Source of the DNA: a virus
Taxonomy: Duplodnaviria; Caudoviricetes
Virus record (IMG/VR): IMGVR_UViG_3300028242_000036
Location: 8,222 to 72,221 of that record
Direction: 5' to 3' (one strand)
Length of the DNA: 64,000 nt
A program made the translations under genes and the position numbers. Below are positions 9,597 to 20,199 of this stretch, piece after piece; position 1 is the stretch's first letter; each line of letters opens with the position of its first letter. A model generated the notes under the pieces. The model had not been told where the DNA came from and made no database searches. It saw only the letters and a list, made by a program, of their open reading frames with translations.

Positions 9597-11919
9597 TGTT
9601 GTCCTCCTTAATATTATTTTGTTTATTTGTAAAGTTATCATAGTAATCTATGATATACTCTTTAAACCAAGTATGTCTTGATAAGTCAGCCTTTTTCTTA
9701 ATAGCTGAATTAACGGTTGGTGCTGTGCCAAAATGAATAACCTTATCTTTAGCTCTCGTTACTCCTACATATAATAAATTACTACTTAACATATATGTAT
9801 GAGCTTTAGGAGTAAGTAAAATAATTACCTTTGCACTACCACCCTGACTTTTATGAATTGAAATACTATAAGCAAGTTTAACATTAGCCATATCTGTCTT
9901 GTCATATACTACCATTTCATCATTAAACTTAATATATACAATATTTTTGTCAATGTGTTTGATAACACCAATTTCACCATTTGGAATAAAAGTTTCTTTG
10001 GGTTTACCATTATAACCCTCAATTACTTTATAATTATCATCACATAAATTTGCCTTATAGTTATTTTTTGTTTGGATTACAATGTCATCAATAGCAAATG
10101 TGATAGCTTCATCATCTTTGCCCATTTTTAAACTTTTATCGGTATTGCTTACATTTTTATTAACAATAGACTGTAAAACATTATTTATTGCAGTCGTTCC
10201 ATAGTTGCCTTTGTTATAAGCTGATAAAATTAAAATATCTTCTTTAGGAAATCCTGCATCTATCAACTTTTTATATAAGGTTTTAACCTTATTAACCATT
10301 GTTTCTTGTGGTGTTTCAATAAACATATACTTTTTATCTCCAAGGTCTTTTTTAAGATAGCTTTGAGAGTTTCTTATATCTGTTGCCACAGTAAGAATTG
10401 AATTATTACCATATCGGAAAATCTTGGTCAATCTGTTAATAGGAACTTTGTTAGAATGAACTATATCATATAACACATTACCTGCTCCCACAGAAGGTAA
10501 CTGAGCCTCATCGCCAACTAATAAAAGTTTGGTTTTTGTAAAATCAATTCTGTTAATTAAATTGTAAAATAATGAAAGGTCACACATTGAAACCTCGTCA
10601 ATAATTACCATATCAACATATATTTTAGGGTTTTCCTCCCCCATACTTTCCATAGCATCCATAGAATATAATAACTTATGAATGGTTTGGGCAGGACATT
10701 TGGTATACTCTGATAAAACTTTACTTGCTCTACCTGTTGGTGCTAAAAGCATAAAACTTTTATCATTATCTTTAAGCATTTGGATAAGAGAAAGTGTAGA
10801 GGCAGATTTACCTGAACCTGCATAACCTGACAATACAGAAATATTACTATCACATACCATTTGTAAAGTATTTAACTGCTCATCGGTTAATTGGATATTA
10901 TCGTTGCAACGATACTTTTCAATATCAACACTCCATTTAGTTGAATTATTTAAAGCATCAGCAATAATTTCGGCACACATTACTTCTTTATAATGTGTTC
11001 TTGTATTGGCAATCCATTTATTTTCTAAGTCTACATATATCTGCTTACCTAATTCTTCATCATCATTTGCATTTTTACAAATATCAACCAAATGATTAAA
11101 GCACTCAGGTACAAGACTCTTCAACTCTTTACCTATTGTTTTAATATCAAGTATCGTATTGCCATTTACTTCATTCTCATCAAGCAACCAAGTTAATGCC
11201 GACAAACATCTATCTTTGGAAACACTTAATTCATTATTAAATTTAAATGGTGGTTCTTTACCTTCTTCAATATCCTTATTGATTTGTTTTTCGAGTGTAA
11301 GTAAAGTCTTATCGGCAGTCTTAAAGCCAACACGATTAATTTGACATAAACATTCGTATGGTTTTTGCTCTAATGATTGAACAATTTTCTCCGTTGAACC
11401 ATAATAATCAAAGAGTTTTTTAATAATGGTGAATGAGAAATAGCCTCCCAAACTCTCTACAATATCTGCAAGCATAAAATTAGAGCGTATCTTATTGATA
11501 ATAACTTCAATTCTATATTTACCAATATTATAAAGTTTATTTGTGTCTATTTCATCAGTTCTGTCTTCCATTACAATATCAATAATGTTAGGATATTCCC
11601 TTATGATTTCTTCGGCTTGTGAATAACTTAAATCACAAGCATAAAGAAATTGCTTTAAACCTTCGGTAGACATTGGCTTTTGCTGTTTGATATATTTGAT
11701 TCGATAATCATAACCATACTTGCTCTGCTTTTCGTCTGCCTCAATATCATACAACATTCCTAATGATAAATCGCCACAATCGCCTGAAATTGTAACATTA
11801 AAATAATTATTTAATTTAACATCAGGAAATTTATGCCTATCTATATCACAGGCATATATCTTATAATTATCTGCACTAAAAATGCAGTGTACAGGCGTTG
11901 CTTCAAATTTAATACTCAT
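9571..11919 (-). CDS. recD2: RecD2-like SF1B helicase
   Basis: GYAGSGKS Walker A, LAPTGRAS, IDEVSM, LVGDEAQLPSVGAG, AYSISIHKSQG, LLYVGVTRAK. Confidence 0.9.
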   Translation of the reverse strand: MSIKFEATPVHCIFSADNYKIYACDIDRHKFPDVKLNNYFNVTISGDCGDLSLGMLYDIEADEKQSKYGYDYRIKYIKQQKPMSTEGLKQFLYACDLSYSQAEEIIREYPNIIDIVMEDRTDEIDTNKLYNIGKYRIEVIINKIRSNFMLADIVESLGGYFSFTIIKKLFDYYGSTEKIVQSLEQKPYECLCQINRVGFKTADKTLLTLEKQINKDIEEGKEPPFKFNNELSVSKDRCLSALTWLLDENEVNGNTILDIKTIGKELKSLVPECFNHLVDICKNANDDEELGKQIYVDLENKWIANTRTHYKEVMCAEIIADALNNSTKWSVDIEKYRCNDNIQLTDEQLNTLQMVCDSNISVLSGYAGSGKSASTLSLIQMLKDNDKSFMLLAPTGRASKVLSEYTKCPAQTIHKLLYSMDAMESMGEENPKIYVDMVIIDEVSMCDLSLFYNLINRIDFTKTKLLLVGDEAQLPSVGAGNVLYDIVHSNKVPINRLTKIFRYGNNSILTVATDIRNSQSYLKKDLGDKKYMFIETPQETMVNKVKTLYKKLIDAGFPKEDILILSAYNKGNYGTTAINNVLQSIVNKNVSNTDKSLKMGKDDEAITFAIDDIVIQTKNNYKANLCDDNYKVIEGYNGKPKETFIPNGEIGVIKHIDKNIVYIKFNDEMVVYDKTDMANVKLAYSISIHKSQGGSAKVIILLTPKAHTYMLSSNLLYVGVTRAKDKVIHFGTAPTVNSAIKKKADLSRHTWFKEYIIDYYDNFTNKQNNIKEDNNEKKDQKE

Positions 11920-11940
11920 TACATTCTTCCTTTGATAAAA

Positions 11941-11972
11941 ATAGTGTATTAAATTTTTATCTAATACACTAT
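11941..11972 (-). terminator. Hairpin terminator overlapping the recD2 promoter start site
   Basis: ATAGTGTATTA/TAATACACTAT 11-bp inverted repeat followed by T-run on minus strand. Confidence 0.55.
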
Positions 11973-11974
11973 AT

Positions 11975-12003
11975 ATTATAATATTATTTTATTGCTTTGT
12001 CAA
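11975..12003 (-). promoter_or_regulatory. Sigma-A promoter
   Basis: TTGACA-AAGCAATAAAATAATAT-TATAAT. Confidence 0.8.
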
Positions 12004-12193
12004 TAGTAAATTTAAAAATTTCACTATCTTTTGGTATTTTTATTCTAAAATCAGTATATTCTTTTGTTTCGGGTATATACAATTCTATATTTCCTTCTTC
12101 ATCTTCGTAATATTCTGCTTTTGGTTTATGATTTTTAACACACCAATAAAATAAATTAACTAAATCAACGGTTACTTTATCACCATTTTGCAT
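11984..12193 (-). CDS. Hypothetical protein
   Basis: Start MQNG after GGAGG. Confidence 0.55.
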   Translation of the reverse strand: MQNGDKVTVDLVNLFYWCVKNHKPKAEYYEDEEGNIELYIPETKEYTDFRIKIPKDSEIFKFTIDKAIK

Positions 12194-12195
12194 TA

Positions 12196-15100
12196 TTAGT
12201 ACACCTCCCACTCTGAAAGTATCTGTTCATCCTCATCGGTCTTTTTCCATTCTCCACCGATGCACTTGGTTTTCTTTTGTGTTTTCCATTTAACCACTTT
12301 AACTATATCAAAAAGACCAAACGGAGCAACTGCAAAGAAATCTCTATCTTTTACTTTTGTCTTAATATATTCTCCTGTATTTACATTATAAAGGGTCAAA
12401 TAAGGCTTTAATTTATCCTTAAAGGTTTTATATTCTGTCACTATGAAAAAGCTCTTAGGGGCTTTTTTGTAAAGAGATATGGGGTTTCCTAAGTGTTCTA
12501 TTTCATACTTCATTTGTTCTTTGATTGATAATGCTTTGTTGGGTATCATTTCGGATATTTCAGCTATATATCCAATCATATCTAAATCTTTATACATTTT
12601 TGCTGTTTTAGATTTAGCATACTTTTGGAATATCTCTTCATTAATATTAAGTGTTTCCAAATCGGCAAACTTAATCTGTTTTCTACTTGCTAAATTATCA
12701 TATAACTTATATATTGACAGTAGTTTTTTATTGTTCCCAAAGTCAGAAAAGAAATTCAAACTGATAAGAATTTCTATCTGTCTGCTATCACAAGAGGTTT
12801 TTGTTACAATATCATCTAATAATTCAATAAAGGAGTTATATGTATTGTTTTGAGCTAAATCATAAAGTTCTTTTGCTATTTGTGCATTAAGATATTTTAT
12901 AGATTTAATACCCTGATAAATAGAATTTGTTTTTTTATCCATAAAATACACATCAACGGATTTGCCAAACTTAATAGGATTAATTTCAATACCTTGTTTT
13001 TCAATATAGGTTTTAATCTTATTGCTCTTTCCTTCATCTTCTTGATAAACATTCAAAGCAACTGTTAAAAACTCTAATGGATAATAATATCTTAAATATC
13101 CACACATATATCCTAAGAATGAATAGGGAACAGCGTGGTTATTAGAAAAAAGATAAGAGCTTGCATCAACAATAACTTGAATGAATGATTCGATTAAGCG
13201 TTCACTTTCCTCAGTTGAAATGCTATATTCTTTTTGCATAGTTTCCGTAAAACCATTTTTGATTTTAGGAATAAATTGTTCTGTACCTGTTTTCTTGGCA
13301 AAACCTCGTCTAACAATGTCTGCTTGCCCCATAGTATAACCACAGAATGAGTGCAGAAATTCAATGATTTGTTCTTGATAAACTAAGTAACCAAGTGTAG
13401 GTGCTAAGAAATTATTTAATGCTTCGTGTCCGTTGTCTCTATATATACCCTTTGCAAGCTCTTCACGATAAGAAGCACCAGCAGGTCTAATAGCACCGTT
13501 AGCCATTGACATTAAATCTATATAAGAGAAATTGGGGTTAACTTTTTTGATATTTGATATTGTTGTTTCGCTAAATAGTTCTTTTAAGTAACCACCTGCA
13601 CTATCAGATTCAAACTGAAAGATAGCAGTGTTATCATCTCTGATACTATTCCACACTTTCATATCAGTTAAATCAACATTGTCAGGAGTAAGTCTTTCAA
13701 TACCAACCAAATCACAGGTATCATTGATAAGTCCAACACAGTCTAATCCTAATACATCTAACTTAACAAAATTAAGAGAGTCAATTTCTTTCATATTAAT
13801 TTGAGAGATAGGATTTTCGTTTTCTGAAGTAGTACAAGTACCAAAGAAGGGTTCAATGGGGAATGGGCTTACAACCAATCCCGCAGGGTGATTACCGATA
13901 GATACGATAACACCTTGTACTATATCAACATACTCAAAAAGTTTAGGATATTGTTTACGATATTTTTCATCAATTTTAAATTGTTTATTTTCATCTACAA
14001 ATACTTCGTTGCTTAATTCCTGTGTTTCGACAGGTGACATATCTAATGCTCTACCAACATCTTTTATAGCACCCTTCATAGCAATGGTATTAAATGTAAT
14101 AATATCACAACAATATAATCCTTCTTTGTTGTATAAGTATTTTCTTACTTCGCCTCTATCCCTCTTAAACCAGTCAGTATCAATATCAGCAAGACTAACA
14201 CGCTCTTTATTCATAAAACGCTCAAAGTTAAGATTATATTTAATACTATCTACCTCGGTGATACCAAGTAAATAAGCAATAACACTACCTGATACACTAC
14301 CTCTTGAATATCCAAACGGTATACCATTTTTTCTTAAAGCAGTTTTATAGTCCTCTTCAAGTAACATAAAGTCGATTGCTTCATTGTATTTATATGTATC
14401 ATACTCATATAAAATTCTATCCCGATATTCTTTAAAGTTGGGCTTCTTGTCTATGCCACGCCATTTAATCCCTTTTGCAATCTTTTCTTTAAAAGCCTTT
14501 TCTGAATCATCATATAATTTAGGATATTTCTTTGTGCTATCAATAGTATACTCTTCTACCATATTAGCCATTCTGTTGGTATTTTCAATAGCCTCTAAAT
14601 AAACTTCTCGTGGTAAAACACCTTGTTGCTCATATGCCTGAACTAATTCGTCATAGGTTTTAAAGGTCATATCCCAACCATCTTCGTTATCAAAAGAAGT
14701 ATTTTTTGATTTCTGTAAAATAGCTCTACCCTTTGCATATGTCTCATCCAATGAGTGAGTATCTGTTCCTGCAATAAGGGGGATACCGTAAGTACGGTTG
14801 TAACCCCATAAATATAGGTTGTATCTTGCTTGTTCCATTGTGTTGTGATGTTGTACTTCAAGAAAACACCTATGTTTGTTAGCAATTACCCATTGTAAAA
14901 AGTCATTTTCTAATTCTTCATCATTAGAATTTAAAAGACCACCAAGACAAGCTGTAGTAATAATAATATTATCGCTTGTATTTTTTAATTCTTCATAAGT
15001 TATTCTTGGATTGAAATAAAAATGACCATCTTCACGATTAAATGATTTTGAAGTCAGTTCATTTAATTCTTTAAAACCCTCATAGTTTTTAGCAATTAAA

Positions 15101-15390
15101 ACACAGTGGTAATTATCACGAACTTTAATTGGCTCATTATTTTCATCTATTTCAATAGCTTTAGTAATATAAAACTCACAAGCGTGAATATATTTCATTC
15201 CTGCTTTTTCAATGTCACACTTTTTATGATACCATTCAAAACAGTTGCCGTGTTCGCTAAAAGCCAAAGCTTTCATACCACATTCTTTGGCTTTAGCGAT
15301 ATACATTTTGTACTTAGTAACACTATCCATTATAGTAGTAGCATTAGACAGGTCTGAATGTAAATGGTATACTACATAATTATCTGTCAT
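12196..15390 (-). CDS. dnaE: DNA polymerase III alpha subunit
   Basis: PHP domain (HLHSD, EHG, TDTH), GYSRGSVSGS, ADIDTD, GNHPAG, KLDVLGL, YLFSNNHAVPY. Confidence 0.96.
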   Translation of the reverse strand: MTDNYVVYHLHSDLSNATTIMDSVTKYKMYIAKAKECGMKALAFSEHGNCFEWYHKKCDIEKAGMKYIHACEFYITKAIEIDENNEPIKVRDNYHCVLIAKNYEGFKELNELTSKSFNREDGHFYFNPRITYEELKNTSDNIIITTACLGGLLNSNDEELENDFLQWVIANKHRCFLEVQHHNTMEQARYNLYLWGYNRTYGIPLIAGTDTHSLDETYAKGRAILQKSKNTSFDNEDGWDMTFKTYDELVQAYEQQGVLPREVYLEAIENTNRMANMVEEYTIDSTKKYPKLYDDSEKAFKEKIAKGIKWRGIDKKPNFKEYRDRILYEYDTYKYNEAIDFMLLEEDYKTALRKNGIPFGYSRGSVSGSVIAYLLGITEVDSIKYNLNFERFMNKERVSLADIDTDWFKRDRGEVRKYLYNKEGLYCCDIITFNTIAMKGAIKDVGRALDMSPVETQELSNEVFVDENKQFKIDEKYRKQYPKLFEYVDIVQGVIVSIGNHPAGLVVSPFPIEPFFGTCTTSENENPISQINMKEIDSLNFVKLDVLGLDCVGLINDTCDLVGIERLTPDNVDLTDMKVWNSIRDDNTAIFQFESDSAGGYLKELFSETTISNIKKVNPNFSYIDLMSMANGAIRPAGASYREELAKGIYRDNGHEALNNFLAPTLGYLVYQEQIIEFLHSFCGYTMGQADIVRRGFAKKTGTEQFIPKIKNGFTETMQKEYSISTEESERLIESFIQVIVDASSYLFSNNHAVPYSFLGYMCGYLRYYYPLEFLTVALNVYQEDEGKSNKIKTYIEKQGIEINPIKFGKSVDVYFMDKKTNSIYQGIKSIKYLNAQIAKELYDLAQNNTYNSFIELLDDIVTKTSCDSRQIEILISLNFFSDFGNNKKLLSIYKLYDNLASRKQIKFADLETLNINEEIFQKYAKSKTAKMYKDLDMIGYIAEISEMIPNKALSIKEQMKYEIEHLGNPISLYKKAPKSFFIVTEYKTFKDKLKPYLTLYNVNTGEYIKTKVKDRDFFAVAPFGLFDIVKVVKWKTQKKTKCIGGEWKKTDEDEQILSEWEVY

Positions 15391-15605
15391 TTATATCCTA
15401 TCTCCTTAAAATCAGGTTTTAAACTTGTCTTTATCTTTTGAACAGTATAATCCGATAAAACTTTATACAAGGTATATTTTGTTCTTTGTTTATCGTATGT
15501 AGCTGTATACTGTGGAATATGTTCTTCGTTACAATGTGTATGTAATATAGTTTGACCTTTGGGGATTTTGATTTTTAATATATGTTCAAATTCAACATTA
15601 TTCAT
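15387..15605 (-). CDS. Hypothetical protein
   Basis: ORF with overlapping start/stop junctions on both sides. Confidence 0.6.
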   Translation of the reverse strand: MNNVEFEHILKIKIPKGQTILHTHCNEEHIPQYTATYDKQRTKYTLYKVLSDYTVQKIKTSLKPDFKEIGYK

Positions 15606-17221
15606 TACATCACCTGATTGTTCATTTGTAACTTTGCTACCTCTTCCTTATCATCTGCAATTAATACCTCAGTAGTAAGCACCAAAACTGCAATAGATAA
15701 AGCATTTTGTAATGCACTTCTTGTTACTTTTGCAGGGTCAATAATACCCTTTTCAAACATATCAACATACTGTTCACTATAAACATCAAAACCATAGTTT
15801 GTTTTGCCCATACGCTCAATTTCATTTATAATTACAGAACCTTCAAGACCTGCATTTTCCACAATTCTTCTAATGGGATACTGAATTGCTCTTGATACAA
15901 TTTCAACACCCACCTTTTCATCCCCTGTCAGGTTTTCAAATTCAGCTTCTAAGGCGTTTTTAGCATTAAGTAATGTAACACCACCACCTGCTACAACACC
16001 CTCTTCTACGGCTGATTTTGTGGCAGATAAAGCATCTTCTAATCTTAACTTCTTATCTTTCATTTCGGCTTCGGTGTTTGCTCCAACCTTAATTACACCA
16101 ACACCATTTGAAAGCTTTGCAAGTCTTTCCTGAAGCTTTTCTTTATCATAACTATCGGTTGTGATATTAAGTTGAGATTTAATATGATTAACTCTACTTG
16201 CAATCATCTCAGGATGACCACAACCATCAATAATCGTGGTAATTTCTTTGCCAACCTTAACCTGCTTGGCTTCACCAAGGACTTCCATACCAACCTTTTT
16301 AAGTTCCATTCCTATCTTTGAGTTTACAAATGTACCATTAGTAACAATAGCAATATCTTCAAGAAGGTTGTCTCTATTTTCACCAAATGCAGGAGCTTTG
16401 ACACATACTATCTTTAATGCACCACGCAGTTTATTAGTAACTAATGTTGCAAGTACATCGTTATTAATTTCATCAGAAATAACGAGCAAAGCTCTACCTT
16501 CTTTATTAACGGTATCTAAGATTGGGTAAATATCTTGAATGTTAGTAATTTGCTGATTGGTAATTAAAATATAAGGCTTATCTAAAATTGCCTCCATTTT
16601 TTCCATATCGGTTGCCATATAAGGTGTAACATAACCTCTGTTAAAGCTTAATCCCTCAACAATCTCATATGTGGTTTCACCTGTCTGAGATTCTTCTACA
16701 CTAATCGTTCCATCATTACCAATTTTACCCATAACCTCGGCAATAATATTACCAAACTCAGGGCTTCTTGAAGAAACTGTTGCAATTCTTGCAATATCAT
16801 TTGTTCCTGAAATGGGCTGTGCATTTTCGGCAATATATTCAACAATCTTATCAACCGCTTTCTGCATACCCTTTTTAATAAACACAGGATTTGCTCCTGC
16901 TGTAATATTCTTTAAACCTTCGTTAACCAATGCTTGTGCTAACACAATGGCAGTTGTTGTACCGTCACCTGCAACTGAATTGGTAGTAGATGAGGTTTCG
17001 GTCACAAGTTTAGCACCCATATTTTCAAATTCATCTGCAAGCTCAATATCTCTTGCAATGGTAACACCGTCATTTGTAATAAGAGGTGAATCAAACTGCT
17101 TGTCTATAGCAACATTTCTACCCTTTGCTCCCAATGTAATCTTTACACAGTCAGCAACGGTATCTATGCCTCTTTTTAAAGCATTTTTTGCTTCTGTGCC
17201 ATAAAGTATTTTCTTAACCAT
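15605..17221 (-). CDS. groEL: Chaperonin GroEL
   Basis: TLGAKGRNV, ITNDGVTIA, AGDGTTTA, KLQERLAKL, GIIDPAKV; true start MVKK; no GGM tail. Confidence 0.97.
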   Translation of the reverse strand: MVKKILYGTEAKNALKRGIDTVADCVKITLGAKGRNVAIDKQFDSPLITNDGVTIARDIELADEFENMGAKLVTETSSTTNSVAGDGTTTAIVLAQALVNEGLKNITAGANPVFIKKGMQKAVDKIVEYIAENAQPISGTNDIARIATVSSRSPEFGNIIAEVMGKIGNDGTISVEESQTGETTYEIVEGLSFNRGYVTPYMATDMEKMEAILDKPYILITNQQITNIQDIYPILDTVNKEGRALLVISDEINNDVLATLVTNKLRGALKIVCVKAPAFGENRDNLLEDIAIVTNGTFVNSKIGMELKKVGMEVLGEAKQVKVGKEITTIIDGCGHPEMIASRVNHIKSQLNITTDSYDKEKLQERLAKLSNGVGVIKVGANTEAEMKDKKLRLEDALSATKSAVEEGVVAGGGVTLLNAKNALEAEFENLTGDEKVGVEIVSRAIQYPIRRIVENAGLEGSVIINEIERMGKTNYGFDVYSEQYVDMFEKGIIDPAKVTRSALQNALSIAVLVLTTEVLIADDKEEVAKLQMNNQVM

Positions 17222-17486
17222 TATTTTCTTCTCCTTCTTCCAAATCAATTCGTGCAATTATATTATCGAGGTCTACCGCAATATATGTTTTACCATTGAC
17301 AACACATTCTACTGCTTTTTCTTTGTTATATACAAGAATGTCATCTGTATAAATATAATCTTGCGGTGATGATATAACCTTTAAAACATTATCTGTCTCT
17401 TTAGTGTTTACAATTAAACCATTATGTTGTTCATTAAATTTATAAGGTTCACCAACAACCCATTCATCGTGTGCATATATTCTCAT
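17214..17486 (-). CDS. groES: Divergent co-chaperonin GroES
   Basis: 90 aa, directly upstream of and overlapping groEL; mobile-loop-like NGLIV, ending NGKTYIAVDLDNIIARID. Confidence 0.7.
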   Translation of the reverse strand: MRIYAHDEWVVGEPYKFNEQHNGLIVNTKETDNVLKVISSPQDYIYTDDILVYNKEKAVECVVNGKTYIAVDLDNIIARIDLEEGEENNG

Positions 17487-17518
17487 CTTGCTTCATCTCC
17501 TTTAAAATTTATTTTTAA

Positions 17519-18700
17519 TTACATTAATCCTAAATCTGCCAAATCTTTCATCCATTCCTCATCATCTGTATCGTCTGTTTTATTTAAAAACATTTCTCTA
17601 TTTTCAAGATACTCTGCATAAGGTTTATGAATGTTGGCTGAATAATCACTAAGATTTGCCATAAAGAATGATTGACTGTCGGTAACTTCTTGCCACCAAA
17701 CTCTTTCAGCTTCTTCTTTGTCGGTATATTTAAGACTGTCATATTCTTCTGTTTTAGCTTTAATCTCATTTATTGTTTCAATAATATTATTTTTTAATTC
17801 TGTAATATCATCTTCTGTAAAGTCAATTTCAACATAACAATCATCAACAATAAACTTATCCTTAACATCATCAGGCAGATACTTTAATGTGTTTTCTGCA
17901 ATACATCTTTCAAGCTCGTCACCATTAACAGTGTATTTAGATTCTTTTAGCCACATATTGATGCTTGCACTCAGTTTTTCAACATAATTATTTCTTTCTA
18001 AAGTTCTAACCTTAGTTTTATGTTTTTTGGTTTCTTTATCAATAGCCTTTTGTGTTACGGTGACATTGACATATTTAAGGAAATTCCATCTTGCAACTAT
18101 CTGTTCATAAGGAACACCTCTTTGATGTATACCTTCAATATAAATTAAGAGCTGACCCTTTTCGTGTTCATATTTATCGCCTTTATACATTGAACTACTT
18201 TTCCAGTCAGTAATAATTACTTTGTTAATCTCGTTTCTTTCCTCAATATGAAAAGCATCTATATAACCCTGAAAATATGTATCACCAATAACACTACCAA
18301 TAAATTCTTCAAGCTTAATCTTATGAGGAATCTTATTATGATTTAAAAGGAAATGTCTAATACAATCCTCATATTTATCACCAACAGACTTATTCTTTTC
18401 TTCGTCTGAACGGTCATATTTTAAACCGTTCATTGTATTTTCAAAGAGTCGTTCTTCGTATCTATCAAGCATACCCTGATGATTAAGTTCACCCTTGTAA
18501 AATGCTTCAATACATTCGTGAATATCTCCACCGCTTTTAGCATAGATACCGTCAAATCTATCAGGTGGAATCTTAGCAATATATTTAAGATAATATGTAT
18601 ATGTATCATCTAAGTAAGTTTTATATTTAGACCAAGAAAAAATTTGATTACAATTATTTTGCTTGGCTAATTCTTGGATTTCACTATATTCTTTTCTCAT
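17519..18700 (-). CDS. PD-(D/E)XK nuclease (RecB/Cas4-like)
   Basis: SWSK, FQGYID, ITDWKSS, GQLLIY. Confidence 0.8.
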   Translation of the reverse strand: MRKEYSEIQELAKQNNCNQIFSWSKYKTYLDDTYTYYLKYIAKIPPDRFDGIYAKSGGDIHECIEAFYKGELNHQGMLDRYEERLFENTMNGLKYDRSDEEKNKSVGDKYEDCIRHFLLNHNKIPHKIKLEEFIGSVIGDTYFQGYIDAFHIEERNEINKVIITDWKSSSMYKGDKYEHEKGQLLIYIEGIHQRGVPYEQIVARWNFLKYVNVTVTQKAIDKETKKHKTKVRTLERNNYVEKLSASINMWLKESKYTVNGDELERCIAENTLKYLPDDVKDKFIVDDCYVEIDFTEDDITELKNNIIETINEIKAKTEEYDSLKYTDKEEAERVWWQEVTDSQSFFMANLSDYSANIHKPYAEYLENREMFLNKTDDTDDEEWMKDLADLGLM

Positions 18701-18712
18701 TTCTTTACCACC

Positions 18713-18988
18713 TTATGCACTCATTTCTCTTTTTGCCTTTTCCAAGCCACTACGAGCCTTAATCATCTGATGTATTCTTGAATTAAAACTTGCTATTGTA
18801 TGGTCAAGGTCGGTAGGATTTAAGGCAAGATAATAACCGTGGCTATCACTCGCAATCGCAGTTCCATCAGTTCTTAATTGATTGACTTGTTTTCTTACCT
18901 CTGCACCTGAGATACCCAATTTCTGAGAAAGCTCGGCAGAAGTGATACGATTTTCGTTTCCAATGGGGATAAGTTCAATTAATGTCAT
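18713..18988 (-). CDS. Winged-helix DNA-binding protein
   Basis: ITSAELSQKLGISGAEVRKQVNQLR...GYYL. Confidence 0.75.
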   Translation of the reverse strand: MTLIELIPIGNENRITSAELSQKLGISGAEVRKQVNQLRTDGTAIASDSHGYYLALNPTDLDHTIASFNSRIHQMIKARSGLEKAKREMSA

Positions 18989-19030
18989 AATATCAATTCT
19001 CCTTTAAAATTTAATTTTAATAATATTATT

Positions 19031-19237
19031 TTATTCGTTTATGTCAAGATAGAAAAATTCTGTGTGACTTCCTACATCATATTTCTTACGACCATTTACC
19101 ATCCAACTTCTTGTATAATATGATTTAAAATTATGCTCATCGAGAAACTTATGAATTTCCTTAAAAGCCTCTTCTTCATTAGCTACTTCGGCTATAACTC
19201 TCTCCTCACCATAAGAATTTTCAAAATATAACTTCAT
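19031..19237 (-). CDS. Hypothetical protein
   Basis: RBS GAGGTG; ends DVGSHTEFF. Confidence 0.65.
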   Translation of the reverse strand: MKLYFENSYGEERVIAEVANEEEAFKEIHKFLDEHNFKSYYTRSWMVNGRKKYDVGSHTEFFYLDINE

Positions 19238-19246
19238 AATAACACC

Positions 19247-19588
19247 TCATTCTATAAAAACTATCATTTCTTCTTTAACATCATTTTCAATTTTCGGTGG
19301 AGTACCATCGGAATAAACAGTAATACGAGTACAGTCTTTTGTTTTTGTCCCATACGCTTGAACTACACCAAAATCTAAATGTTTAGCTACTACAAAAGGA
19401 TAACCCATATAAAAAGGTCTTGTTTCAAATCGTTTGAGTGTAATGTTGTGTGGATAAGCCTGTGCTTCTATGATTTGTAATGTTTCATAATTTACAAGAA
19501 GTTTGATATTGTCTAAATCAGCCATTTCAGCTCTTTTAATTAATTTTTGCAACTTATCTTCATTGATTTTAGTTTCGATAATATTCAT
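19247..19588 (-). CDS. Hypothetical protein
   Basis: ORF in tightly packed operon. Confidence 0.6.
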   Translation of the reverse strand: MNIIETKINEDKLQKLIKRAEMADLDNIKLLVNYETLQIIEAQAYPHNITLKRFETRPFYMGYPFVVAKHLDFGVVQAYGTKTKDCTRITVYSDGTPPKIENDVKEEMIVFIE

Positions 19589-20188
19589 TTAATATTCCAC
19601 CTTTTCAAATTTTACTTCAAGAAATTTACGACTTGCAAGATAATCACACATATGCACAAACTTTTGCATATTGGTTTCGGGCTTGTCTAAAACCTCTTCT
19701 CCTATTTTATAATCCTTATTAAATTCACCCATATGCGTAGCAATACATTTACAAATCAACTGTATAGTAGTAATCATATCATCCCAAGGGTTTAAATCTT
19801 TCTTAGTAATAAAATCATTAATAAAATCTACCATTTCAATCGGATGAGTTGACACTGTGTATTTGCTACCATTAAGACCGTGTTTAACACCATCGTGTAA
19901 AAGCAGAGCAGTCAATATAATGTCTCGTTCTTCTTCGCTATATTCACTCTGATACTGTTCAAGGTCAAGCAGTGTTTTAGCAATAAGCACAGCAGACTTT
20001 GTATGTCTTACAAGACCACCCTCACCCAATGAATATTCAGGATGATACTTACCTGTACTACTTGCAGGGACTACAAAGAAATAATCGGGAAGTTCAGCAA
20101 TCATACATACTGCAAACTTTCTAATCTCCTTATTGTTAATCCATTTTAATTCATTTTGAAATGTTAATACTTTTTCTTTCTTGTCCAT
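19589..20188 (-). CDS. HD-domain phosphohydrolase
   Basis: PASSTGKYHP, GLVRHT, LLHDG, VHMCDYLASR. Confidence 0.8.
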   Translation of the reverse strand: MDKKEKVLTFQNELKWINNKEIRKFAVCMIAELPDYFFVVPASSTGKYHPEYSLGEGGLVRHTKSAVLIAKTLLDLEQYQSEYSEEERDIILTALLLHDGVKHGLNGSKYTVSTHPIEMVDFINDFITKKDLNPWDDMITTIQLICKCIATHMGEFNKDYKIGEEVLDKPETNMQKFVHMCDYLASRKFLEVKFEKVEY

Positions 20189-20199
20189 TTTTGCACTCC

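Noticed and set aside
11941-12003. Promoter immediately followed by a hairpin (attenuator or tiny RNA)
   Set aside because: The predicted start site falls inside the hairpin's left arm, so it is best explained as a terminator for the upstream operon overlapping the next promoter.
17519-18700. Cas4 as part of a CRISPR adaptation module
   Set aside because: No four-Cys Fe-S motif and no cas1/cas2 or array; it is an ordinary phage PD-(D/E)XK exonuclease.
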